Notes under the pieces: model-generated
Told to the model about the DNA's origin: nothing
Seen by the model: only the letters and a program-made list of their open reading frames with translations
The model's database searches: none
Translations under genes and position numbers: made by a program
Origin: Bacteroidales bacterium
GTDB lineage: Bacteria > Bacteroidota > Bacteroidia > Bacteroidales > WRLA01
DNA: 64,000 nucleotides
Reading direction: 5' to 3'
Assembly: GCA_963676415.1 (NCBI GenBank)
Contig: OY781097.1
Coordinates: 1,282,497 to 1,346,496 of the forward strand
Shown here: in pieces, positions 29,483 to 39,030 of the stretch
Position numbering within the stretch: the stretch's first letter is position 1
Layout of the letters: each line of letters starts with the position of its first letter

Positions 29483-30595
29483 GTGAGCCCGACAATTGAC
29501 CCGAAATTACTCAAATTAACACTCATTCTGCTGTTTGCAGTTTTGCTTGTTTATATCCTTTCTGCAGCCAAAGCTTTTTTAAGCCCCATTGCGCTGGGCG
29601 CGCTTTTTGCCTATATGGTTTTTCCCGTAGTCCATTTTTTTGAACGGAAAAAAGTACCGCAAAACCTGTCCATTCTGCTTGGTATTTTCCTGATATTGGT
29701 TTTGATTGCAGCCGGCGGCTTCCTGATGTTCCGACAGCTGGAGCATATGCTGGGCGATATCCACAGCCTGAAACGCCAGGCAATGCTCAATGTGGATCAT
29801 TTCGAGCAGTTTATCGAAGATACTTTTGGGGTTTCGGCCATAAAACAAAATGTTTGGATCAAAAATAAAATCAACGAGCTCTTTCAAAGCGGGAGCAATT
29901 TTGCAAACCTTACGCTCAATGCCACTGCCGGAACGCTTTTTAAAATGGGCATGCTGCCGGTATTTATTTTTTATTTGCTGCGCTACCGCGAACGCCTGGG
30001 AAGTTTCCTTTTAAAAATTGTTCCAACATACCGCATGAAGGAAACACAGCGATTTATCAAAACATCATCGCTTATAGCACAACGCTATATGTTTGGTGTT
30101 TTCAGTGTGGTGCTCATCCTGTCGGTTATTAATTCTGCCGGTTTGTACATCATTGGCCTGAAATACGCCATTGCTTTTGGGATTATCTCTGCGGCTTTTA
30201 ATTTTATTCCCTATTTCGGGACCTGGATCGGGGCATTTTTCCCCATCACTTTTGCGCTTATCAGTTCGCCCGATCCCAATACCGCACTTTATGTATTTTT
30301 GTTTTTTGCGCTCATCCAGTTTACCGAAAACAATATTCTTACGCCCAATATCACCGGGGCCTATGTGCGGCTCAATCCGCTTTTCACTATTCTTGGCCTC
30401 ATTGCGGGCGGAATGCTCTGGGGCGTTACCGGAATGTTTGTGGTCATTCCCATCCTGGCTGTGCTGCGCAATGTGATGGAACATTTCGAAGAGCTGAAAC
30501 CCTATGCCTACCTCATGGGCATCGAAAGCAATCGTGAGAATTATGTCCGCTGGCTGAGGCTCAAAGCGTTTTTCAGTTTCCGCCGGAAGAGGTAG
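29483..30595 (+). CDS. AI-2E family transporter
   Basis: FNFIPYFG, QFTENNILTP, LNPL and GGMLWGVTGMFVVIP motifs. Confidence 0.92.
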   Translation: MSPTIDPKLLKLTLILLFAVLLVYILSAAKAFLSPIALGALFAYMVFPVVHFFERKKVPQNLSILLGIFLILVLIAAGGFLMFRQLEHMLGDIHSLKRQAMLNVDHFEQFIEDTFGVSAIKQNVWIKNKINELFQSGSNFANLTLNATAGTLFKMGMLPVFIFYLLRYRERLGSFLLKIVPTYRMKETQRFIKTSSLIAQRYMFGVFSVVLILSVINSAGLYIIGLKYAIAFGIISAAFNFIPYFGTWIGAFFPITFALISSPDPNTALYVFLFFALIQFTENNILTPNITGAYVRLNPLFTILGLIAGGMLWGVTGMFVVIPILAVLRNVMEHFEELKPYAYLMGIESNRENYVRWLRLKAFFSFRRKR

Positions 30596-30599
30596 TTCC

Positions 30600-30632
30600 A
30601 TTCATCGGATGACTTTGAGTCATCCGATGAAT
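30600..30632. repeat. Perfect 15-bp inverted repeat (REP-like or bidirectional terminator)
   Basis: ATTCATCGGATGACT-TTG-AGTCATCCGATGAAT between convergent genes. Confidence 0.75.
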
Positions 30633-30643
30633 AAAACCAATGT

Positions 30644-32278
30644 TCAATCATGAAAAATCAACAAAGGGTCAGGCTTACTATGCTCCACAGCCTGGGTGGT
30701 ATCCGAATTCTTGCAGCCCTGCACATCCGTTACTTCCACAATTACTCTCAGCGTGGTATCCGCATAAAAGCTGGTATCCGTTGAGCCGTTTTGCCAGAGA
30801 TAGGATTGAAAATCCCCCGGCCAGAGGTCAACTCCGTAGCCTTCGCAAAAGCCTGTGTCTGTAGGCAAAAGTGGTGTGGGCAGGGGATGGATGAGAATTT
30901 CCTGCACGGTGGTGTCGTTCAAGCTGTTATTATAGCCAATTACACTGACCTGATAAGCTCCGGTATCTTCATAAACATGAAAGGGGAAAAAGGAATCCGA
31001 ATAATTGGCCGCACCACTGGCCGGATCGCCAAAATCCCAGAAAACAGAATCCTGGGAGGCAGTATCAGTAATGGCAAAGAAGGTGGTGTCCCCAATACAA
31101 TGGCCTTCCCAGCTGAAATTGGCGGGGTTGAAGAAGGATTGGATGAAGGCGGGGAGGCCTGACCTTGCTACATGTTGACCAGAACCGTCATCCAGAAATA
31201 CAGCAGAATCAATAAAAACACAGTCTGAACCTGTTTTATTCGGATATTCAATAATGCTTAAATAAGGATAATAACCTCTACTAATATAAATTCGATTATC
31301 CGGGCCAATTTGCATGGCTGCAAAAATATGATTAGAGCCTGATACACTGATTACAGAGCCTGAATTTATGACAGCTAATGAATCATAGGAGCTTAAGTCG
31401 TACTGTATTATTTTTGTGCTATTCGAGTAATCACAAAATCCTTGATATATCTTTTTTTCATTTGGTGAGAACTCAATGCCATAAGCATCATAGTTTTGGA
31501 AAGAAGGAAATGTTATAGGGTTAGACAAAAGAGCTGATTCATTATCGAATTTAAAGATTTGAAATGATTCGTCATTACATACGGCACAACATAAGTAATG
31601 ACCTTGCATAGACGCCTTCATATAACCGGTAATAGAACCAGTTGCGCCATGATGCCTTAAGCCGATGCTGCATGATACCGGTATTGTATGTATGGAATCC
31701 TGATCAACAAGATAGGAAATAAAGGTATTGGTGTTCCACAAATGACTAACCACCCAAAAAGATACTCCATCTGCATGTTGCACAGAAGTAACCATCTCGT
31801 GAACAGGGCCTGCTAAATAATGATTTACCGTTTCGGCTACCGCGCCCCTGCCTGAATCAAGTGCCATATTTACAATGGAATAGCGTAAGCCATTTTCTTC
31901 TGCCCGCCTGGCAACAGTAAACACATAAAACAAACTGTCATTTCCCGGCCAGGGCACAATAATTGCCGACATTGATGAGGAAGGATGCCCAGCAAGGTTA
32001 CTTCCATTGATCATAATATTATGCTCCCTGTTCCATATCTTTGAACCTTCCGTATAGAACAGGAGGTTGCCAGCTGTATCGGATATGCTCGCACAGCCTT
32101 CTTCCTGATAGATTTGCCCGTCAAACACTGCCTGAGGACTGCCATCGGGTGTGTTGAAAGTTATACCTGCATTATTACCAAAATACCAATTGTTGGCCTG
32201 TTTGTTCTGGGCATACAAAACACCTGTCCAAAAAAATGAACTTACAATAAGCAACAACAGGTGTTTCCGGCATAACAT
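30644..32278 (-). CDS. Secreted beta-propeller plus PKD-domain protein (no visible sorting domain)
   Basis: QANNWYFGNNAGITF, EGCASISDTAGNLLFYT, YGIEFSPN, MQIGPDNRIYI, GLPAFIQSFF and PKD WDFGDPASG motifs. Confidence 0.8.
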   Translation of the reverse strand: MLCRKHLLLLIVSSFFWTGVLYAQNKQANNWYFGNNAGITFNTPDGSPQAVFDGQIYQEEGCASISDTAGNLLFYTEGSKIWNREHNIMINGSNLAGHPSSSMSAIIVPWPGNDSLFYVFTVARRAEENGLRYSIVNMALDSGRGAVAETVNHYLAGPVHEMVTSVQHADGVSFWVVSHLWNTNTFISYLVDQDSIHTIPVSCSIGLRHHGATGSITGYMKASMQGHYLCCAVCNDESFQIFKFDNESALLSNPITFPSFQNYDAYGIEFSPNEKKIYQGFCDYSNSTKIIQYDLSSYDSLAVINSGSVISVSGSNHIFAAMQIGPDNRIYISRGYYPYLSIIEYPNKTGSDCVFIDSAVFLDDGSGQHVARSGLPAFIQSFFNPANFSWEGHCIGDTTFFAITDTASQDSVFWDFGDPASGAANYSDSFFPFHVYEDTGAYQVSVIGYNNSLNDTTVQEILIHPLPTPLLPTDTGFCEGYGVDLWPGDFQSYLWQNGSTDTSFYADTTLRVIVEVTDVQGCKNSDTTQAVEHSKPDPLLIFHD

Positions 32279-32329
32279 AATACAAAATTAGGGCTTTATT
32301 CGTATAAAACGTAAAGCCACGACAAAACT

Positions 32330-32770
32330 TTATTGTTTAATAATTTTCCACTCTCGCCGCAAACTACCCGATTTAATGCGCAGCAGGTAAATGCCTGCAG
32401 GTTGATCGCTCAGGTCAATTTGCTGGCGGTTTTCTGTGGATTTGATGCGTTGAAGCAGGCTGCCGCTAAGGGTATAAACCTCAAATTGCGGCAGTACATC
32501 ATTTTCAAACCCCTGGCTTTCCAATATAAGCAAGCCTTGTGTTGGGTTTGGATAAATTTTAACGGTAGCTTCTCCAAGCGTTTCCTGCAAAGGTTTGGGC
32601 AGCTCAGACTCCCCTTGCAAGCTGTCGTTGAAGTTGGCTGTGGCCTCCAGGTCCTTGCCCAAATCTACGATACGGGCGGTGCGGTTGCCGTTTTCGTCGT
32701 ATTGGTAGGTGGTTTGGGCGAAAGAATAATAGCTACAAAGCAATAGTCCTATTAAGTATATAATTCTCAT
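32330..32770 (-). CDS. Small T9SS type A sorting-domain protein with a single YD-like motif
   Basis: Signal peptide; TTYQYDENGNRTAR; IYPNPTQG...GIYLLRI...EWKIIKQ. Confidence 0.85.
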   Translation of the reverse strand: MRIIYLIGLLLCSYYSFAQTTYQYDENGNRTARIVDLGKDLEATANFNDSLQGESELPKPLQETLGEATVKIYPNPTQGLLILESQGFENDVLPQFEVYTLSGSLLQRIKSTENRQQIDLSDQPAGIYLLRIKSGSLRREWKIIKQ

Positions 32771-32776
32771 GATAAA

Positions 32777-33262
32777 TTATTTAGGGTAACTAAATTTATA
32801 ATTGTCGGTTTTGATTTTATGAAACAGGCCAAATGGGTTTATAACTAGGCCAACGTTATATAAACTCGTTTTTGAATCTAACTTGCCAACTTCAATTGGT
32901 TTATTATTTATTTCCCATATGTACCATCTGTCTGATATCTCTTTTTTCACAAAACCATAATCCTCAGTATGTCTAAACATGATTTTTTCATCCCGATCTA
33001 ATATTGCTCCTTTGCCGGCTGGATCCCACAATTTATGGAATAATCCGCCCCTAATCATTGTATGTGCGTAAAAATCAATATCATCTGAAGTTATTTCACT
33101 CGTAACTGGATTATACTTTATTTCATAGCTTCGCTTAAATACTGCTACAACTTGGCTATTTAATTGTGTTGTGTCTTTCGTAATATATTGAAAGTATCTC
33201 TTATTGTTGGAGTTGAGTTTTACTTCAAACACCCCCCCTGGTTTAATTAATATTCGTTTCAT
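32777..33262 (-). CDS. Putative immunity protein (Imm26-like)
   Basis: KPGGVFEVKL...KRYFQYI...QLNSQVVAVF pattern; AT-rich; located in the RHS locus. Confidence 0.55.
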   Translation of the reverse strand: MKRILIKPGGVFEVKLNSNNKRYFQYITKDTTQLNSQVVAVFKRSYEIKYNPVTSEITSDDIDFYAHTMIRGGLFHKLWDPAGKGAILDRDEKIMFRHTEDYGFVKKEISDRWYIWEINNKPIEVGKLDSKTSLYNVGLVINPFGLFHKIKTDNYKFSYPK

Positions 33263-33372
33263 AAGCTATCATTGCCTTATTATTAAACATGAAATTCTTC
33301 AATATTTTGTCGTCTTTAAAAGCATCTTCAGGCGACCAATCAAGACTACTATCAGCCGAATCAACACTAAAA

Positions 33373-33525
33373 TCATAACTCACCTAACAGTCTATGATTG
33401 GCCGGTATTTTAATGGCTCCGATTCGAAAGGACATATCGAAAAAATCTTCCTGTGCTGTGAGAATCTGCACACAGCTAAGCAGAAAGAGCAATGCGATCA
33501 GGTATATATTTTTTATAAACAGCAT
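33373..33525 (-). pseudogene. 50-aa signal-peptide stub, probable 5' remnant of a secreted protein gene
   Basis: Hand translation MLFIKNIYLIALLFLLSCVQILTAQEDFFDMSFRIGAIKIPANHRLLGEL; ATG is 15 nt after the upstream stop. Confidence 0.45.
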
Positions 33526-33540
33526 TTTATTAAACCAAAG

Positions 33541-33894
33541 TTATTCAAAAATCAAATAGCTGGTATCTTTATCGGCAACAAGTATAATTGTGTCACTGTT
33601 TTTCCTTTTTTTTACAAAAAAAGGCAAAGGGTACCTAGATACCTCGGCTAAATTTTCATTTTTATCAATACAAGAAATACATCCAGAGCACAATATAATG
33701 GAATCATTCAAAACCCATTGTCCTCGATTATAATACGATTTTGTTATTTTAATATTTATTGCATCGTTTTTTGAAATCTCCAGTAATTTTTCATCTGATC
33801 TGCTTAAAACAAACCTGTCTATTACAATTATTAAGGCAAATGCACAGATTGTTACCAGAGAGTATTTTACACTAAATTTATTATTTAACTTCAT
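33541..33894 (-). CDS. Putative cognate immunity protein (single N-terminal TM)
   Basis: Directly downstream of the RHS toxin; very AT-rich; N-terminal hydrophobic anchor. Confidence 0.55.
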   Translation of the reverse strand: MKLNNKFSVKYSLVTICAFALIIVIDRFVLSRSDEKLLEISKNDAINIKITKSYYNRGQWVLNDSIILCSGCISCIDKNENLAEVSRYPLPFFVKKRKNSDTIILVADKDTSYLIFE

Positions 33895-33906
33895 TGTTTA
33901 AATTCA

Positions 33907-35358
33907 TTATTTTCTCATATCGCTTATTATCTTATGAATATCCTTTGGATTTTTACCAGTCACACCATAATTAACATTAAAAAACCCAATAGGGCTTACT
34001 CCAATCCCTACACCAAACCCGTAGCCAACCACATATTCGTTATCCCTCATAGGGGCATAAACAGCAGTAATACCTAAAGCTAGTATGTTTGCAAAACCAA
34101 CATTCATCTCAAACCTAGGTCCAGTAAACACCTCCGGCGTTAATTTCTTTAAAGGACCCGAATAGTATAAATCCATTAATTCTGCAGTAAGAGTAACTTC
34201 TAATCCTCCAACACCAACTGATACATCTGTGAGAGGAACTGTTTCCCCGGCATGTTTTCCTTGCAAAATTTTAACACCACCTGCTTCTACCCCAACATTT
34301 AATCCCGCTGAACCGTTGGCTGAAATTGTACCTGCCACTGCGTCACCTGATATTAAATGCCTAGTTCTTCCTGTTATGGACGCCATCATTAATCCCCGCC
34401 CAAAAAATCCAGCATGAATTCCATGATTTAGCCCTGCACTAATTGCTCCGTTTCTTGCTCCATCCCAAAATTTGCCACCAGCAATTTCAGCACCAACACC
34501 TCTGGCTAAGGCACCACTTGCAGTAGTTCCAAAGGCCTGTGTAAATTTGTTTTCAGTACCAGACAATAAGCTGCCAGTCCCTGTTGCGGCAAGAGAGCCA
34601 AATGCTCCTGACAAAAATCCAGAAGAGAAATCGCCTCCGCTAGCATCAGACATAAGCCCCCCTAATGTTCCATGCGATAAAGTTTGAAAAGCAACTCTCC
34701 CAAATCCTGTTATTTGATTAGCTAATTGGCCTATTCCAAAGGACAAGCCTCCTCCGATACCACCAAGAAGGGCGGACTTAAATGCACCATCAAAGAACGA
34801 TTTATTATTGGCAAGGTTTGAAATGCCATTTGTTGTTATGCCAATGGCTGCACCTATAAGCATGGGTATTATAAACTCCCCACTCGGATCCGAATACTTC
34901 AAAGGGTTATTCAAACAGTAGGCATAGCGGTTCAGGTTCTGTGGCATATCCGGAGCTTGCACATAAGGATCAGGGCTCAGGAAAGCGCCCACAAGGGGAT
35001 CATAAGCCCTGCCGTTCATATTGATCAGATCAAAAGCATCGATATGCTCATGTCCGGTATAGCCACGGCTGGTTATATAATCGGCAGGGTCGGAGAAGAG
35101 CGGTGCCGTAAGGCTGCCGTCATAGGCTTGCAGCTCGCGGCGTTCGCCCCAGGCATTAAAGCTGTAATAGAGTGCATCATCCGTGCTTTGGGCACCATCA
35201 TCCACCAAAGCGTATATAGTCCCCAGGTAATCGGTGAGCACATACTTCATTTCATCGCGGCCGTCATCATCACTGATGTGCATTGCCACCAGCGCGTCGG
35301 GTGAAGAAATGTAGGAAAGGTAATGGGTTTCGCTGCCCCTTTGTATGCGTTCTACCAT
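33907..35358 (-). CDS. N-terminally truncated RHS repeat-associated core protein with a Gly-rich C-terminal toxin region
   Basis: TDYLGT, YSFNAWG, RGYTGHEH, LINMNGRAYDP and NRYAYCLNNPLKYSDPSG motifs; in-frame TAG 14 codons upstream of the ATG. Confidence 0.88.
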   Translation of the reverse strand: MVERIQRGSETHYLSYISSPDALVAMHISDDDGRDEMKYVLTDYLGTIYALVDDGAQSTDDALYYSFNAWGERRELQAYDGSLTAPLFSDPADYITSRGYTGHEHIDAFDLINMNGRAYDPLVGAFLSPDPYVQAPDMPQNLNRYAYCLNNPLKYSDPSGEFIIPMLIGAAIGITTNGISNLANNKSFFDGAFKSALLGGIGGGLSFGIGQLANQITGFGRVAFQTLSHGTLGGLMSDASGGDFSSGFLSGAFGSLAATGTGSLLSGTENKFTQAFGTTASGALARGVGAEIAGGKFWDGARNGAISAGLNHGIHAGFFGRGLMMASITGRTRHLISGDAVAGTISANGSAGLNVGVEAGGVKILQGKHAGETVPLTDVSVGVGGLEVTLTAELMDLYYSGPLKKLTPEVFTGPRFEMNVGFANILALGITAVYAPMRDNEYVVGYGFGVGIGVSPIGFFNVNYGVTGKNPKDIHKIISDMRK

Positions 35359-35558
35359 ACCGCCAAAGATAGTTTTATTTTTTATTTGTGATGAATACTA
35401 TTTGTGATTATTTATCGGATAGCCCTGATATTTATTAAATTTTGATATTGAAGCCAGTAATACATGATGAATTTAATTTTGAAATAATTTTTGAATATAC
35501 TTTTATGCTAAGATGTTTTTTTAACTTTGCATTTTCTAATCAAAGTCTTTATTCAATT

Positions 35559-37555
35559 ATGAAAACCAATATTCTTGCAATTATTTTAGTAGCATTGATA
35601 ACATTTGGGTCAAAAGCCCAAACCGTATTTTTAGAAGACTTCAACGAAAGTTCAATTTTCCCGGAAGGGTGGGAACTTAAAGCCATTCCAGAGGATGAGA
35701 ATGTAGTGGATTATAGTTTAGTTGGATCAAGCTGGTGCTTAGATGAGGGCAGGGAATTCAGGCTATTCTTTAACCATTTTTTAAACGGGGAAAGGCGCCG
35801 AGCAGTAGGATGGAATTAATTTCACCACAATTAGACATGTCAGATTTTGACCAATTGAATTTTTCTATGGATTTCTATCGTCTGGAGTTTGACCTTTTGG
35901 CTGGAGAATGGCGTATATATTTGTATGCCAATAATAACCAAATGGATGATTGGGTGAAAATCTATACACATGATTATACCAGGGGTACGGGTTGGATGGA
36001 ATTTAAAAGGAGTGTTCCTTTTATTTGCTCTCTTGATTCAAGTATTTTCCGCCGGGAAGGATTCCAGTTTATGTTTATGTTAGATGAGAACATTGGACCA
36101 CTCAGTAACGGTAACCATTGGTTCAATATTGATAATATTAAAATCGAAGTACCGCAACAGATAGATTTGGCTCTTTTTGATCGTTATCCGGATCAGCATA
36201 TAGCTAATGACAGCCTTTATATTCCTAAAGCACGCATAATAAATAAAGGTATTGATCTGGCGGGAGGAAAAGTGCATTGTACTATCAGGGAGCATCTCAG
36301 TAATGAGCTGGTTTATGAAGAAACTATAGATGTTCAGGAAATGGCGCGTATGGATACCTTAAGTTTGGATTTTCCTGGTTTTTATTTACCCTATACAAAC
36401 CATTTATTCCATCTTGACTTTGACCTGGAATGTGAGGGGGATATTGTGTTGGATAATAATAATGTCAGCTTTAACATAGATACTTACGCGGCCCCGTTCC
36501 ATAACTGGATTGGATTGAACCTGTTTTACTCTACAGAATATAGCCTGGGTATTTGTGAAAGAGATTGTTATAGGCAATTACTCAGAAATTTGGATACACT
36601 GGATCAAATAAAACAGTTATTACCAAAGGCCAGTATTGTTAATTATGTATATGATGATGTGCCAGACTCGTTAAGTTGTCAGACGACAGTCTCTTTTATG
36701 ACCGACCTTGGGATTGCCTATGCCCCCTCAGTATTAATTCCAATGACGGAAGAAGCTTATATTCCCAGGTTTAGCCTTTACCCACGACGGGTTTTTAGGT
36801 CTTTTGAGTATGCATGGGAGTTTGGCGACTTAGATTTGTTTAATTATTATAAGCAAATAGCAGATTACCGGTCCCCCTTTACACTGGATATCTACGGCAC
36901 CCATACAGGTCTGGATTATAGTGTCATGGTAGAACTCACACCCAAAGCCCCGATCGTAAATGACCGCTTAAAGCTGCGCACTGTAATCACCCGCTCCCAT
37001 GTGCCGTCTAATGCCAATCCGGAAATACCAGACCAATACCGTGTCGAGTATTTCGACGATGCAGTCCAAATGGCCCTGCCCGATACCAACGGCATTGCCT
37101 TTGCCATGGACGGATCGGAGACCAGCGCCAAGCAATGGGAAATGTCTTTCAGTTTAAAGGATTTCTGGGATCCGGAGCAGGTGAAGATCGTAACTTATGT
37201 GCAGGATACATTCACCTACGACATCCTGCAATGCCGTGCTGTGCCCCTGCAAAACCTTTGGGGCGTGGGCATGGAAGAAGAAGCGCAAACGCCTGCAGAA
37301 AGCGTCCTTATCAGTCCCAATCCGGCAAAAGACATGCTTTATGCGCAGCTCATGCTGGAAATGCCGGCCAATGTGGATTTCCGCCTCTTCGATATCAATG
37401 GCCGCGACCTGGGCATCCTGAAAAGAAGCTTCCTGGGTGCTGGAAACCACAAAGTACAGATCAACATACCGGAGCACATAAAAACAGGCATCTACATCCT
37501 GCAAACCGAAACAGATCGTGAGCTTTATTCGCAGAAACTGAATATTGTGCGCTAA
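35559..37555 (+). pseudogene. Frameshift-split secreted protein (adhesin-like N-domain, Omp28-like region, T9SS type A sorting domain)
   Basis: ORF1 (signal peptide, FLEDFN...FPEGW) stops at 35819. The -1 frame is open from 35774 (SSRMELISPQLDMS) to ISPNPAKD...GIYIL...KLNIVR. Confidence 0.75.
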
Positions 37556-37576
37556 TGCTTTGACATAATGATAATC

Positions 37577-37604
37577 ATAGAGTCGTGGTACAATGCGGCT
37601 CTAC
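37577..37604 (-). repeat. GTAG-type REP-like palindrome
   Basis: Minus strand reads GTAGAGCCGCATTGTACCACGACTCTAT. Confidence 0.5.
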
Positions 37605-37827
37605 GATTCCACTCTCTCCTCATCCATTCCTACACCTTCAAAATTTTGGTGCTAAGCGGTATCCAAGTCATTCCAGTATGTCCCGCCTTATTATCCTGTA
37701 CCTTTGTACTATTTTTATTATCAGTATTTTATGATGTTTGCACGGAAGCCTGCAAATTCCTGCGGGCTTTTACCGACATTCTTTGTATTTTCGTCCTTAA
37801 GAAAGGAAACACACAAAATACACGCAG

Positions 37828-39030
37828 ATGCAATATCTGGAAGAGATTCAAAAATATGTGGAGCTGCTGTACCGGCAATCCGAAACAAAAGATTTTAAGC
37901 TGCATAATTTGCAGCGCACCCGCGAAATTGTACATTATGCCGGTTTGCTGGGGCAGCGCAACGGGCTGTCGAAAGAGGATATGCTGAACCTGGAGATTTG
38001 TGCCTGGTTCAGCGAAACGGGTTTTTTGCGTGACTACCGCAGGAATGAGGAAAAATCCATGGAGCTTATGTCGGAATATCTTGCCGAAACCGATATGGAC
38101 CCGCAGCGGATTGAAGTCCTGAAACAGGCCATTGCTGCTACCCGCATTCCACACAGTCCCAAAAACCTGATGGAAGAAAGCCTCTGTGATGCCATCACTT
38201 ACGAGCTGGGCAGTGAAGGTTTTGAGGAAAAACTGGATTTGTACCGCGAAGAAGTCAACCGCCTGTGGAATACAGAAATGGAGGCACTCGATTTTTATGA
38301 TGTAATCCTGGGCATCCTGAATTCTCATAAATATTTTACTTCGGCGGCAAAAGAGCTTTTCGATGAAAACCTGAACAATAACCGTAAGATCATCCGCAAA
38401 CGAATAAAAAAGAAAGCCCGGAAGCTGGAAGAAAAACTGGATGACCAAAACGAAAAGGTAAAGAAGCTAAATAAGAAATACGAAGAAATGAAAGCGCCGG
38501 CACGGGGCATCGAAACCATGTTCAAGGTTACTTCGCGCAATCAGATTACCTTAAGCCAGATTGCTGATAATAAGGCAAATATCCTGATTACGGTTTGTTC
38601 GATCATTCTCTCTGTCATGGTGACCATGGTGATCCGTAAAATCAACGAATATCCGCATATGGCTTTGCCTTCGCTGGGCCTGATCCTGACCAGTCTGGTT
38701 ACCATTATTTTTGCCATTTTGGCCACACGTCCCAAGGTTTCGCAGGGAACTTTTACCAAAGAGGATATCCGCGAGAAACGCACCAACCTTTTGTTTTTCG
38801 GTAATTTCTATAAAATGTCGTTCAAAGATTACGAATGGGGCGTGCGCGAAATGATGCGCGATTATGATGGCTTATACCATAATATGATTCTGGATCAATA
38901 TACGCTGGGTGTGGTGCTGGCACGCAAATACCGATTGCTGCGCAAGGCTTTTAATATTTTTATGTTTGGCCTCAGCGGTTCTATTCTGATGGTGATTTTG
39001 ATTGAAATTTTCAGGGATTATACGGTTTAA
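37828..39030 (+). CDS. Degenerate HD domain fused to a Pycsar-effector-like (DUF5706) membrane domain
   Basis: C-terminal RGIETMFKVTSRNQITLSQIADNKANILITV, ILATRP, NLLFFGNF and LGVVLARKYRLLRKAFNIFMFG with 3 TM segments; N-terminal HD-like scaffold. Confidence 0.82.
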   Translation: MQYLEEIQKYVELLYRQSETKDFKLHNLQRTREIVHYAGLLGQRNGLSKEDMLNLEICAWFSETGFLRDYRRNEEKSMELMSEYLAETDMDPQRIEVLKQAIAATRIPHSPKNLMEESLCDAITYELGSEGFEEKLDLYREEVNRLWNTEMEALDFYDVILGILNSHKYFTSAAKELFDENLNNNRKIIRKRIKKKARKLEEKLDDQNEKVKKLNKKYEEMKAPARGIETMFKVTSRNQITLSQIADNKANILITVCSIILSVMVTMVIRKINEYPHMALPSLGLILTSLVTIIFAILATRPKVSQGTFTKEDIREKRTNLLFFGNFYKMSFKDYEWGVREMMRDYDGLYHNMILDQYTLGVVLARKYRLLRKAFNIFMFGLSGSILMVILIEIFRDYTV

